Source of the DNA: Octopus vulgaris
Lineage: Eukaryota
Direction of reading: 5' to 3'
Length of the DNA stretch: 64,000 bases
Assembly: GCA_951406725.2 (NCBI GenBank)
Contig: OX597816.1
Span: forward strand, 149,792,001 to 149,856,000
Positions 12,935 through 25,640 of this stretch are shown here, piece by piece. The notes beneath the pieces are model-generated. The model ran no database searches. It was not told the DNA's origin and saw only the letters and a program-made list of their open reading frames with translations. Each line of letters starts with the position of its first letter. Position 1 is the stretch's first letter. A program made the position numbers and the translations under genes.

Positions 12935-13049
12935 ACTGTTTGTATAACATTTCATCATATCCAATCTCAATATTGCATATTCTCATAATTTGGTAACTAG
13001 ATTGTGGTGATGCCATCACAACATTACCTCTGAATGGTTTAATGATTCT

Positions 13050-13888
13050 TGTCAATATTAGCCACCTTGAGAGAAAAGTTGGACCTAAGAAGCATCAGAT
13101 ATGGTGTGCAAAAGAGACAACTGCACTGGTATGGCCACGTGGCGAGAATGGATGTGGATAGCTGTGTGAAAAAGTGCCACACCCTAGCGGTTGAGGGAAC
13201 CTGTGGAAGAGGTAGACTTGGGATGAGGTGGTGAAGCATGATCTTCGAACATTGGGCCTCACCAAGGCAATGACTAGTAACTGGGACCTTTGGAAATATG
13301 CTGTGCTTGAGAAAATTTGGCAAGCTCAAGTGAGACCTTGTGGCCTATGCCAGGGGTGTAACCAGCCCACTTATATGTACCTTTCCTTCATTGGACACTA
13401 AACTCTGCTTGCGAAGTGCGAAGACCTGTTGAGGCAAGTGAAATCGAAATCAAATTCGATGACTGGCATACAAGCATGATCGTTGCCAGAGCAACAAGCT
13501 GGCCTCCATGCTGATGGCACGTAAAAAGCACCATTCGAGTGTGATCGTTACCTGCGTCGCCTTACTGGCACTCGTGCTGGTGGCATGTGAAAAAACATTC
13601 GAGTGAGTCGTTGCCAGTGCCACTGGACTGGCTCCTGTGCAGGTGGCACATAAAAAGCACCATTTGAGCATAGCCATTGCCAGTACCACCTGACTGGCCC
13701 TCGTGCCGGTGGCATGTAAAAGCACCCACTATACTCTCAGAGTGGTTGGTGTTAGGAAGGACATCCAGCTGTAGAAACTCTGCCAGATCAGATTGGAGTC
13801 TGGTGCAGCCATATGGTTCGCCAGACCTCAGTCAAATTGACCAACCCATGTTAGCACGGAAAGAAGACGTTAAACGATGATGATAATG
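13050..13888 (+). mobile_element. RTE LINE 3' fragment (second subfamily)
   Basis: LREKLDLRSI...LHWYGHVARMD...CGRGR, then a 3' UTR with about six GTGCC-nnn-GGCAC-type units and a (GAT)n tail. Confidence 0.88.
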
Positions 13889-15507
13889 AAAGCTTGCATT
13901 GAGTAGCTGTTAATTACAATAGAGATGAATGCATAACTATATCAACTAGTTTCCTTCCCTACATACATCTCTGACAAACACATTCCAAACATCTTTGATC
14001 TCTTTCTCGTCTTCAACCCTAACCTCTACCATACCATAACTGTCTCTCTGCAGAAGCAACTGCTAAAGTAGTTTTCTGTTTCATGTCCTCCTGATGTTGC
14101 ATTTTTTAAAACCAAGAATTTTAAGGCCTGGAGAAATTGATCTGGGAATTCTGTTGACTGTTACTTGATGTCAATGTCTCACAAAATTCATTCACTGGTT
14201 GAAAGTAAATATCTTTTAGATATTTTTACACATCTTCATAGTTATCACAACCTGTTATTGATTCAGACACTCTATTAGATATAAAATTTGTGAGGGTGTA
14301 TCATCTGTTGAGATCTGGAATATTGGCATGAAAATTTTCAAATGTGCATATCAGGAGTTTCAATTTAAAAGATGTAGACACCAACTGAGAAATTGTGTCA
14401 ACTCATTTGGAAGTTAGAACTATTTATTTAATTCTGTAAATAAACTGTCGTAAAAAAAAAAAAGAAATGATGTAACAACCAAAGTAAGGGAGAGAACTCG
14501 GTCATTACATAATATATTACGCAATGCAATATCCAGTTTAAGGGAGAGACCGTTCTCATGTGTTTCATTATTGAAGGAAAGTAGAATCACAGCACACACA
14601 CTTCTGTTTCTAGAATGACACTCAGTGTTATCGCTTATCCCAGATTCTCTTACTTAGATGATAAAATGCTTCATTCCTTGGAAGCTTTTATATATGAAGT
14701 CATCTTTACACAACTTTAGCCTGGATATACTGTATTTCTATGAACAAAGGCATTGAAAATATTCTGCAACAGGAACATGATAACCTGATATTCTTCAAAA
14801 TCACAAAAAACGCAATCATTGACATAACAATCTTCCTACTTTCAGCTCATAACTAATACTGTGGAAGTCTTTAATAAATACTAGTTATTATATTCTTTAA
14901 CTATCTCTCATAGTGATAACACATTTGTATCACAATCCAAAACTGTATATTGAAGTCTTTCTACTCATGGTTAAAGACTAAATCAGTTCTAGTTAACCAT
15001 ATGTATATGAGATAAGGACACCCCTTGTTATACTTTGAATGGTGTTGTTGCTATGCACAAACATTCTACATTGATGCATGTACATAGTGGATAAACACTT
15101 ACTTGAGAAATAAAGGTTCCTTGTTGAAATTCAGTTTGTTATTATGTACATATCTTGGAGTGAGCCATCTGATAATAATCGGCAATCAAACCATTTGAAA
15201 TGCATTGTAGATGTAAATATCAATGTCTCATCTTTAAAGTTGATGCCAATAGTTAAAACAAAAATCTTTTTATCAAGTTGCTGTATAGGAAGGAATGGGG
15301 CTAACATTCTTTTATTGGTTTCAGTCACCGGACATGCACACATGTGAAAGTACTAGTTCTTGAACAACGATGATCATATTGTAGTAATAATATTTCTAAG
15401 TTCAAATACTCTGAAACTTGTATGCATTTTATACAATACTGTTATCATAGCAACTTTTTTTGTAATGTTGGTTGATATTAGCATTATTTTTATTTATTTT
15501 TTTGCAG

Positions 15508-15607
15508 CTTTGGCTGCATCAGCTATTACCTACAGTGATTCTGAGAATTTTCTTTTGTCAAACTTGCATTGACTGAGTATGCTATCTGATGCCTTTATCT
15601 GAGATAG
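15508..15607 (+). other. Probable 5' UTR exon of the ZNF800-like gene
   Basis: Poly-T acceptor ttttttgcAG before 15508 and donor TAG|GTAACT at 15608. A 163-nt intron then ends at ttcttttcAG (15770). Contains a short uORF (MLSDAFI*). Confidence 0.6.
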
Positions 15608-15778
15608 GTAACTGCATTAAGTGACATTATATTTGCTTTGTATGTTTGTGGGATACAAAAATGGTTTAGTTAGCTCTTCAACTTATTTTTAATACTTTAC
15701 TGAATTGGCCTGCTCAAATAAATTTTTTGAAAAATTTGTAATGTTTCCTTTTCTGTTGCTTTCTTTTCAGTGTATGAA

Positions 15779-18700
15779 ATGTTGATTGAAGGTAAAGATA
15801 GTGAAATGGAAAGTGATGACATTGATTTCTCTGCCCTTCCTCCACATATGGTGCCCGGTGTACAGATATTATCATTGGCAGAACTTATACGTTGTGTCAG
15901 CAATGGTACAGAAGAACTCCGTTATTATCTCCTCAAAGAATCAAACACTATCATTGAATGTAAAGTCTGCTTTAATCTCTTCCGCAATGTTGGATATTTC
16001 ATTGCGCACAAACGTTTCTACTGCCTTGCCTGCAATCGAGACAAACCAACCAATTCTAGTGCAACCCCACCAACATATGATGAGCAGTCAGTTACAGTTG
16101 CACCAGAACTTCCAACTGATGCCACAGATTTCAAAAAGCAATCTGTGGAACTTGTCAGAAACAACCTTCTTAAAAGACCTTCAACTTTGTTGCACTGTTA
16201 CGGGTCCAAAAGAGAATCTTTCTGGCAGATTTATAACAAGACCAACAAACAGAATGAATCAAATAAAGAAATTTCTAGCTCTTCTTCCATCAGTTTTGAG
16301 CCAATTGATAACACCAAAGTTGCTATGAAAGTTGTGTCTTCAGATGTTACTGAAGAAAATGATATCAATTCTGCTGAGGCAAAGAACCAAGAAGAAATTG
16401 CTGAGATCACACCAGATATTGAAGATGAAGATTTAGATGATAAACTTGACAAAGGAACTACTTCTGAGCCGACATCTGAGAGATCTTCTCCTATACCCAA
16501 TGAAACATCTGACTTTAAAGACTTAGAATCAAATATAAAATATGAGTTGGCAGATTTTAAACACCTGAAGTGTCTGAAATGTCAGCGAATCATGTCTTCT
16601 AAAAAGTCTTTGGTGAATCACGTCATTAACTTGCATGGTGACTTGAAGCGCTACTATTCTTGCCCTCTCTGTAAAGAGAAGCTTAAATTCCGTTATTTCT
16701 GGGGGGTGATTCGACATTTGTCCACAATTCATTACATGAAAAAGCTACAAATTAATAAGATTCGATCAACTTTACGAAAATCTAGTTGGGTTGAGAAGAA
16801 TTCTGGAGAAATAGTTAGCGCACCAATCCTCTGCAAGACCAAGCCTGCTAGTATTCAAACAAACAATAAAAGTAAGAAAGCTACCGAAGATAAAATACGT
16901 TTGAAGAATGAGGAAATTGCTTTTGCTAATGATCTTTTGCAACAAAAAGTGCTACAAGGAATTTTAAGTAATTCATCTAAGGGTCGGAAGAAGTTCCGCT
17001 GTCAGAGCTGTAAAAAGGTGTTTACACAGATAAAGTCCTTGCAGGCTCATTTACGTGACTGCACTGATTGGGAACATGTAACTAAATCCTCAAGTGATTT
17101 CAAACAAAATGGGCAGAGTGCAAAGAAGTCTCAGGTAGCCAGCAAATCTCACTCAGAGCCAGCTCCTAGTGAAGAGTTGAAAAAAAAAGAAACAGTTTCT
17201 TCTAACAAAGCAACTACATTACTTCCAAAACGAAATGATTCAGAAAAATCTTTGACTCAAAAGACTAATGATGGAACTAGTGACTTGAAAACCAAAGAAA
17301 GTATAAAGACCAGTGTCCAAACTGATATTCAACCATGTCCATCTGGTTTAATTCCATTACAGTCTGCAAGTATTATTCCTCAACTTCCTCTTCCTGCAAG
17401 GTTACCTGCTAACATGTCTAACTGGACAAACCCTCCTCTCGGAAAATTCATCTCTATTGGAAATAATACATGTACTACTAATAAGGCAAATAGTTCTCTA
17501 ATTTCTTCTCTTACAATTACACCAAATGCAGTTCCTTTGTCTGACCAATCAAAATCTGTTCCATGTATTGTACGTCCCCTTCAAACTAATACTTTATCAA
17601 CTGTTTCTGTGAATGATTTGCCCATTTTGCTCCCAACAACAGCTCTTTCTGGATCTGTAACTCCTGCTGTTTCTTCACAAAGCTCCACAAACATTGTGTG
17701 CTCAGTTGCTGCACCAAATACATTGTGTTTGGTAGACAACAAACAATCTCAAAAGCCCAGTCCTGTGATAATGTCTACAGTGAATAAAATAAATCCAGGT
17801 GACAATAGCCAAATCATAAATGATAATGTTGTCCCAAATATATTAGCAGCTGTTGATAAAAAGGGACAAATTTCATTGGCCACAATATTGTTGCCGGCTA
17901 ACTCTCAACTCCCAGTCACTCAGCTTCCAAATGCTAGTGTTGAGAAACAAAATAGTACACTGATCCCTAGCCAATCAAATGCCACAGTTTCAAATGAAAA
18001 CAAGACTTTGAATCATTTAGTAGAAAACAAAAATTCCAACGTTGTATCTAATGGCCATGTCAGCAGTTATTCTAATGACACTATTACACAAAGTGCAGAA
18101 ATACAACCTTTGGATGATGTTAAAACTTTGATTGTGACTAAAGAGAATATAATTCAGGGACAAAAGGTTAGTGAATCTAAAACACTTGATGTTGATGGGG
18201 ATGACTTCGAGAATTTTGCCGCTGCAAAAGACAAAGAAGATAAATTCCCAGTATGTAAGAAAGAGAGAGACTCTAATATCACTAACTCAGTCAGTGATGG
18301 TATTAAACCTTCAACAGTTAGTTCAAGTAATGTTTCTTGTCAATCTGATGTTAACTCTCAACTCACACATCAAGAAAGCGACAGTAAATGTTCAACCTCA
18401 CCCGATATTACTACTGTATCAGACACTTCTCAGGATTTGAGCAGTTCTCCTGAAAACCATTGTTCTGAAGCAAATTCTCAGCATTTGTCTAAAAAAACAT
18501 CAAGTGTGCCTGGACACCAAATTCAAAGAAATGGCTTGAAATATAATTCTGCTGGTATTCGTGATAAAAAGTCAGCTCTCCACTCGCTTATTGATAGTGA
18601 ATCTCTCAGGTGTATTCAGTGTACTCGGAGCTTTAGTAAAATGTCCCATGTACGTAGACATGCAATCAGACATCTGGGATGGAAGCGATACAAATGTAAA

Positions 18701-19909
18701 TTTTGTTCTTTCTCCAATTATGAAAGATCCGAATGCAAGACTCATATTAAACGACGTCATCTGGGCAAGATTGCTGGTTTAACTGTTAAACTGTTGGATT
18801 TCTACATTGTTGATTTGAATAATAATGATAATCAAATTACTAGTTGTGATAGCAAATTCTTTGTAAAGAGAAAAGAAGTAGAATCTTTAAAATTGGCATC
18901 ATCCTCTACCACAAATCTTAAAACTTCTAGTGATGATGACTCAGAAGAATATACAAGAGTAGATTCTCCTGAACATATGACAAGTGTATCAGACTGTAGT
19001 GACCATAAGACAGGTGACTTGGACTCCACTGATAATGACACAAGTGTTTCGAATTCTACTGATCATGCTATCAGTGTCTCGGAAGAGACCAGTTCTGCAA
19101 ATATCAAGACAGGTGAAAAGCAAGACAGTGAAAAGATTCTTGCTTTGATTGACACTAAATCATTAAAGTGTCTGGAATGTAGCCGAGAATTCCAAAAGCG
19201 TTCACACCTACGCCGGCACATTGTACGCCATCTAGGATTGAAGCGGTACAAGTGTAAGCAGTGCAAATTTACAAGTTATGATCGTTCGGAATGCAGATCG
19301 CACATAGAGCGTTGTCATTTGGGTAAAGTACAAGGCATCACTGTTAACTCAATCAATTGTTCTATTGTAATGCTTGGTCAATCTGAAGAAACTTATGAAG
19401 AAAGTCAGATGGAAAAATCCAATGCAAAGGAAACTGGAATAGAGCAAGAAATAGAAACAAGTGAAGATATTGATTCCAATTCTTGTAGCAATTTTATGAG
19501 TAATACTACTACTACTGCAACCACTACCACATCTACCTTTACTATGTCATCAACATCTTTTAATTCTCTATTCTCAACCAGTGAAAGTTCCAAAACAAAA
19601 GTAAATAAGAAACCATTGAACATTGCTGCTGGACACAAAGGCAAGTCACCTTCCAAACAAACCAGTGGGAAGGTTACTGGCAGTGCGAAGAGGAAAAAAT
19701 CTCTTGGACAAGTCACATCCAGTAAACGTCAAATTTCTCCAAAGAAGGCTAAAAAAGTCTCCTCAACTCAGTCTTCAGCAACTACTGCAAAAAAATTACC
19801 TGCTGATGATTTGTCAGTGTTAAACACAAGGAAAGGATACTATGTCAAACCTAACTTTCTGCAGCTTGCTAGAAGTGCAAAAAAAATTCCTAAAAGTAAA
19901 AACAATTAA
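15779..19909 (+). CDS. ZNF800: Zinc finger protein 800-like C2H2 protein, ~1376 aa, CDS in one exon
   Basis: 4.1-kb open frame. GTEELRYYLLKESNTIIECKVCFNLFRNVGYFIAHKRFYC and DFKHLKCLKC..H...RYYSCPLC..VIRHLSTIH resemble the ZNF800-family N-terminal and central motifs (from memory); eight C2H2/C2HC fingers. The ORF-track GTG start overlaps the splice acceptor, so the first in-frame ATG (15779) is used. Confidence 0.9.
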   Translation: MLIEGKDSEMESDDIDFSALPPHMVPGVQILSLAELIRCVSNGTEELRYYLLKESNTIIECKVCFNLFRNVGYFIAHKRFYCLACNRDKPTNSSATPPTYDEQSVTVAPELPTDATDFKKQSVELVRNNLLKRPSTLLHCYGSKRESFWQIYNKTNKQNESNKEISSSSSISFEPIDNTKVAMKVVSSDVTEENDINSAEAKNQEEIAEITPDIEDEDLDDKLDKGTTSEPTSERSSPIPNETSDFKDLESNIKYELADFKHLKCLKCQRIMSSKKSLVNHVINLHGDLKRYYSCPLCKEKLKFRYFWGVIRHLSTIHYMKKLQINKIRSTLRKSSWVEKNSGEIVSAPILCKTKPASIQTNNKSKKATEDKIRLKNEEIAFANDLLQQKVLQGILSNSSKGRKKFRCQSCKKVFTQIKSLQAHLRDCTDWEHVTKSSSDFKQNGQSAKKSQVASKSHSEPAPSEELKKKETVSSNKATTLLPKRNDSEKSLTQKTNDGTSDLKTKESIKTSVQTDIQPCPSGLIPLQSASIIPQLPLPARLPANMSNWTNPPLGKFISIGNNTCTTNKANSSLISSLTITPNAVPLSDQSKSVPCIVRPLQTNTLSTVSVNDLPILLPTTALSGSVTPAVSSQSSTNIVCSVAAPNTLCLVDNKQSQKPSPVIMSTVNKINPGDNSQIINDNVVPNILAAVDKKGQISLATILLPANSQLPVTQLPNASVEKQNSTLIPSQSNATVSNENKTLNHLVENKNSNVVSNGHVSSYSNDTITQSAEIQPLDDVKTLIVTKENIIQGQKVSESKTLDVDGDDFENFAAAKDKEDKFPVCKKERDSNITNSVSDGIKPSTVSSSNVSCQSDVNSQLTHQESDSKCSTSPDITTVSDTSQDLSSSPENHCSEANSQHLSKKTSSVPGHQIQRNGLKYNSAGIRDKKSALHSLIDSESLRCIQCTRSFSKMSHVRRHAIRHLGWKRYKCKFCSFSNYERSECKTHIKRRHLGKIAGLTVKLLDFYIVDLNNNDNQITSCDSKFFVKRKEVESLKLASSSTTNLKTSSDDDSEEYTRVDSPEHMTSVSDCSDHKTGDLDSTDNDTSVSNSTDHAISVSEETSSANIKTGEKQDSEKILALIDTKSLKCLECSREFQKRSHLRRHIVRHLGLKRYKCKQCKFTSYDRSECRSHIERCHLGKVQGITVNSINCSIVMLGQSEETYEESQMEKSNAKETGIEQEIETSEDIDSNSCSNFMSNTTTTATTTTSTFTMSSTSFNSLFSTSESSKTKVNKKPLNIAAGHKGKSPSKQTSGKVTGSAKRKKSLGQVTSSKRQISPKKAKKVSSTQSSATTAKKLPADDLSVLNTRKGYYVKPNFLQLARSAKKIPKSKNN

Positions 19910-22900
19910 GCATCTAAAGAAATATTTTGGCAGCTTTTAGTTAACAGAAGAAAATACCCTAACCCTGGCTATTTTTAATTACTTTTATCATCACCAGCGT
20001 TGGTGGGAATGGCAAATATAATAGAGTATCAGGATATTATTAAATACTTTGCAGTATTTAATTAACACCCATTCTGTCCTGAGTTCAGATCTTTTGAAGA
20101 CTTTCCTTTTCATCACTCCACAGTTGATAAAATAAGCACAAGCATGTATTAAGACTGTTTCTATGGACAATGCCTTTCCTTATGAAGATACAGCTTTCTG
20201 CTAATGTCAGAACCCATTATTAGTATCATAGTCATTAAAGATTTGATCTTTGGAAACACCTGTGCCATCCTACTGGATGGCAGTAATATCTGTTGATTCC
20301 TTCCAAGCCTTTAAGTGCAGTTTAACCTTCTTGGTTAAAAATAGCTTATAGCCTTCTGGCTTACAACATATTGAAACAAATATTTCTGCTTGTATATGAA
20401 GAGGACATTACAAATGACATGTATCAAGTATCTCAACCAATTATATTTCTTGTATAATTGTTAAAGACCATTTCAACTGTTTTGTTGAGTATAGTAAATG
20501 CAAGGGGTTCTTTCTATGAAAATCAGTAACTGGCTGAAACCTACTTAGTTTGAACCCTCATTCAGACATTTTGACCACCTACTTGGTTTTATGTAAAGAC
20601 TTTTTATTGTAAAACAATGAAAAAAATATCTTTTTCTATGTAAAATGACATCGACTTAACCATGTTGACTTGTAATCTGGTTTTATTTAATCACATTATT
20701 TTGACATCAACCACATTGCCATTGTCAAATTTGACTTGGTCTATGGACAATATGGACAACATCTTTGGATTATTGTTTGAAATTGTATTTAACTAAGATA
20801 TTATTTTTTTTAGATGCATGTTTGTATATAAATATATGTAAAAGGGATGGCAGTGAATGTGCATGTATGTGTGTATCTAAATGTGTGAATGTATAAATAT
20901 ATAAATATGTGTGTGTGTGTGTAAATTTACATAATTGACTTTATCCATTTTACTTTACTGAATGAAAGAAAAACTAACCACTGTTGTCCAGGACATTACA
21001 GTAAATACAAAAACAACCCCTCCTTCTCTCGAAACTCACTGATACTCTTTCTTTAAATTCTAAAAATTGCAATGTCCCCTTCCTGATTTAGATATCAGCA
21101 ATAATTTGTACTCTGTAACAAGGGGACAGATATTTAATGTTGGAAGGTTTTTTTTTTTAAATTAAAAAAAAATCTGATTGTTGGGCTATGTCCATAGCCT
21201 TTTCCAGACATTGAAGCCTAAGAAATTAATGTGACTAATGCTATGCTCTATATTAGTTTTTAAAAATTTATGTCAAGTTAAATTGTCTCTTTTATAGGAT
21301 GTCTCATACTTCTAATTAATGAAATATATTTAAAAAGAGAGAAGTTTTGTCACTGTATACTTTACACTTAATCCAAAACTAAACATCTCACTGACATCCC
21401 CCACCCCACCCCGGTGCTATGTGGCCACAACCCACATACAACTTTGTTTCTTCCTTTATGTATTGTCTATAAAACTAAAAAAATGTTTCCATTTATTTTT
21501 CAATATAAACTGAACTAATCTGAATAATAGAAATATCATAAAATTTTTTTCTTGCTCTTATTTCTTATAGGTTTATGTATTGTATATAAAAACTTGGTGA
21601 TTTCAGTTTTTTTTTAAAGAAAACGATTTGCTGTTTTGAATAGTTTTTAACTTTTAAGGTAAAGAATATAAATTTTCTTAGTCTCTTGAGGTTTCTAAGT
21701 CAGCCACTTAACTTTACTTTCATTGTTGTTGTTATTGTTGTTGTTCAACCTGAGGTCAGCCTTGATCCAGCCGACCTATGATCTAAGGCATTCTAGCCTT
21801 GACCATCCTGTCTTTTTAGTCATAGTATATTTAGAATTTCATTATCCAATGTATCCTTTCTTTTCAAGACAGAGTGAGATTTGGTTGCTATTTTTTAGCA
21901 GAATAAGTGACCACATAGCAACTTCCTCATTGACTCAAGTTTCATGGTATTAAGCTGTTGAGAGATAAGTTTCCTGGATAGGATGCTAGACTAAATTCTC
22001 ACACAGCATGCTTGAAGCCACTGCTGTGTGTTCTTGAGTCAGCTGGGTGAATAAAGGCAAATGCACTTATGACTTGCTTAGAACAACGAAACACCCAAAT
22101 GGATTTCAGCTCGTGTCCTTGAATTAGTAGGGACATTGCATTAAACCTTCAATAATTTTGTCTTTCATGAAGTTTTATTTTCCTTTATATTCATTAGTCT
22201 AACTATGAGATGCTGTGCCCCTCATAATTAGACTTTTGCCTTCTTTTAAATGTTCTTTAGACTGGTAGAGATAAATGGGTGAGGCTAGTGTTGTTTCATA
22301 CTTTCTTGTGGAAGAGGATTTGAATATAAAGATTATCAAAGGACTGTTGATTTGCAAAAACAGTATTGGATTTTTTAATGCTTCATAGTGTATATAGTTT
22401 CACATCTCTTAATAGTATATCATTATATAGTAATATCATGGACACTAATTTAATTAACTATATGCTAATTTTCTACAAATTTAGGCCTTGTGACAATGTA
22501 GATTTGTTTTAATATAAACACTGAAATTATTAGGCAATTCCCAGCTAATTCAACAGTATTAAATTGCTGTTCTCCCTGTTTTAAACTTAACTGCTTCTAG
22601 ATTAATGGAATAGAGAGTTCTAGGTTTCCACATTGCCAGTAATAAGATAGACACATTAAAACTCTTTACACCTAATCATTCCAATGTTATACCCTGATGA
22701 TAATAGGCATTATTCCAACTCTGCAAATGAATGGCTTCCTTTCAATAACTTCAAATTTTCTTCAAATAAGAAAACGTTAAAATTGTTGTCTCTCTCTTTT
22801 GTTTTTAATAATCATTTTATTATTACACATTTCTTCTTTAATTCTCAGTTCTAAAAATAAACAAAAAACTGGTTATTTCAGAGAATATTTAGTAAAGTAC

Positions 22901-23170
22901 AATAATATTTAATTTAAATAGCTATATTTTGAATGATGATATTATTTTTTCTTTGTAAATCTAATGTATCTATGTGTGTAATCCAAATTATGATATAATT
23001 GCCAACTTAAAAAAAAAAAAATACTTATAGAAGGTTGCACTATTTACCTTCATCAAATAAAACAATACATAACAAAAGTTTACAAAGAAAACTAATTTAT
23101 GATTCAGTTATTCTAAAAGTAATGTTGCTTTAAATGAAAATTTAAAATAAAAATGAAGTGAAAATTCAAC
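19910..23170 (+). other. Probable long 3' UTR of the ZNF800-like gene, with an old SINE at ~20000-20225
   Basis: U-rich, largely TE-free sequence with TGTAHATA Pumilio-like motifs (e.g. ~20823, ~21581) and AATAAA near 22856, 23056 and 23146. The true end is uncertain. Confidence 0.45.
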
Positions 23171-23576
23171 TGTTATCTTTAGAAATCTAATTGATATTTT
23201 CTATTATTTATGCATGTGCAAGTGATTAAAACAATTTTTAATGCCATACAGAGGTGGTTTTTAGTAAAATCACAGATGCATGCATGTATGCACACATTTT
23301 TTTTTATTGAAAATGATGAGTTTATCGTGGGACTTTTTATCTTCAGATTTTTGCCTGAAGATAATGGTGGTACAAAACTTAGGTAAAAGGTGCATTCCAG
23401 AATTTTGAGATCTTTTTTTCAGGAAAATTACCTATTGTAATTTTAGTATATCATTACTATACATCTAATGAGCTAACCTTTCAACTTTTTATTATCCTTG
23501 GTTGAGGGAGATGGCTGTAATAGCATATTAAACACACCTATTAGATACTGCTTATCACAGCTGACTAGTTTGCAGA

Positions 23577-23900
23577 ATGCAGTCAGGACACGACAATTCT
23601 GAAGCTCATTATGTAATAAATTTTTGTTTTAGACTGGGCAAAAACACTACACAAACTTACAAAATACTCCAGGCAGCTTGTGGATTAACTTGTATGTGCC
23701 AAGCATGTTTTTTGCTTGTACAAGAGGTTCAAAGATGATAGAGAGAAGGTGTGGGAGTGAGAGGGATGTCAAAATGTCAGAGTTGGTTGAGAAAATTCGC
23801 AATTTTCCAGATGAAGAGCATCATGTGGCCATAAAGACAGTAAGCATTCAGTTTGGAGTTGATGTGGCAACAACACAGAATTCATGAAGATCTACATATG
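23577..23900 (+). mobile_element. Mariner transposase N-terminal remnant
   Basis: Frameshifted ..KFCFRLGKNTTQTYKILQAA..KRFKD.RE.., an HTH-like start. Confidence 0.65.
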
Positions 23901-23924
23901 CACCCCCACTATTTTTATCAGCAG

Positions 23925-24888
23925 TAGAGAGTGTTACCACTAGAATAAGAATAGCCTGGGCAAAGTTTAGAAAGCTTCTTCCCCTCCTGGCGACAAAGAG
24001 CCTCTCACTCAGAGTGAAAGGTAGACTGTACGACGCACGCATGTGAGCTGCCATGCTTCACGGCAGTGAAACATGGGCCATGACTGCGGAGGACATGCAT
24101 AGGCTCAAAACAAATGAAGCTAGCATGATCCGCTGGATATGTAATGTCAGTGTGCACGCACGACAGAGTGTAAACGCCCTGAGAGAAATGTTGGACATAA
24201 GAAGCATCGGATGTGGCATGCAGGAGAGATGTTTGCATTGGTATGGTCATGTACTATGAATGGATGAGGAGAGATGTGTGAAGAAGTGCTACTCCCAAAC
24301 AGTTGAAGGAATCCAGGGTAGAGGTAAACCCAGGTGGTCAAGCATGACCTTTGAATGTTGGGCCTCACAGAGGCTATGACGAAAGACCGAGACCTCTGGA
24401 GATATGCTGTGACTGCGAAAACATGACAAATGAAGTGAGTTCATGGCTCACAGGAAGGCCTGCTGTGCTTACCTTGGATTGCAAGGCGACCTGCTGTGCT
24501 TGAGGAGACCTATTGAGTCAAGTACATCAACATCAAAATAAGTCAAATGGAAATTGCAGTTGTAATACTTGTGCTGGTGGCATGTAAAAACACTATCCGA
24601 ATGTGGCCGATGCTAGCGCTGCCTTGACTGGCATCCATGCTGGTGGCACGTATAAAGCACCAACTGATCATGGCTGTTGCCTGCCTCGACTGGCATCCGT
24701 GCCGGTGGCATGTTAAAAGCACCCACTACACTCACGGAATGGTTGGTGCTAGGAAGGGCATCCAGCTGTAGAAACACTGCCAGATCAGACTGGAGCCTGG
24801 TGCAGCCTCCCGCCTTCCCAGACCCTGGTCAAACCGTCCAACCCATGCTAGCATGGGAAACGGATATTAAATAATAATGACGATGATA
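23925..24888 (+). mobile_element. 5'-truncated RTE LINE
   Basis: RIRIAWAKF...MLHGSETWAMT...WYGHVL, followed by 3' UTR repeats and tail. Confidence 0.88.
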
Positions 24889-24994
24889 TCATGTTGAAAA
24901 CAGCAATTCTTGTCTGATCACTAAAGTTAAGTAACCTTGAGCCTAATTAGTACTTTGATGGGAAACCTAGAGGCTGTAAGCAAAACCTTTGATA

Positions 24995-25640
24995 CAGGTG
25001 TGGCATGGCTGTGTGGTTAAGAAGCTTGCATTGCAATCATAGTTTTGGGTTCAGTCCTGTGGCTAGTGTCTTTTAAAACCCCAAGCTGACCAATGCTTTC
25101 TGAGTGGATTCAGTAGACAACTGTGTAGAAACCCCATATGTGTGTGTCTGTTTTTCACACAGACGCCTCTCACACCTTGACAACTGATGTTGGTTTGTTT
25201 ACATCTTTATTATTTAGTGGTTCAGCAAAAGAGACTGATAGAATGAGTACGAGGCTTTAAAAAAATATAAGCATTGTGGTTGACTTGACTAAACCCTTTA
25301 AGATGGAGCTCCAGTATGGCTGCAGTGCAGTGACTGAAACAAGTAAAAAATAAAGGAAGACATATATGTATGTGTGTATCTTCTACTATAGCCATGGGCC
25401 AACCAAAGCCTTGTGAGTAGCTATGATAAATGGAAACTGAAAGAAGCCTGTCATATGTATATAACAATGTCTGTTTGTCCTCACCACCGCTTCACAATAG
25501 GTGTTAGTTGGTTTATGTCGCTGCAGTTCAGCAAAAGAGGCTGACAGAATAAATACTGGAGTAGATTTGTTCAATTAAAACGTTTCACGATGGTGCTCCA
25601 GCATAGGTACAGTCCCATGACTGAAACAATGAAAAGATAT
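24995..25640. mobile_element. Two degenerate tRNA-SINE copies, the second partial
   Basis: ggtgtggcatggctgtgtggttaagaagcttg head; ggtgctccagcat...tgactgaaac 3' ends at ~25340 and ~25630. Confidence 0.7.

Noticed and set aside
13490-13730. Repeat-spacer pattern resembling a CRISPR array
   Set aside because: The units are degenerate, lie inside LINE 3' UTRs in a eukaryotic genome, and there are no cas genes.
15770-15778. GTG start given by the ORF track
   Set aside because: The G belongs to the intron acceptor AG, and GTG initiation is not expected here.
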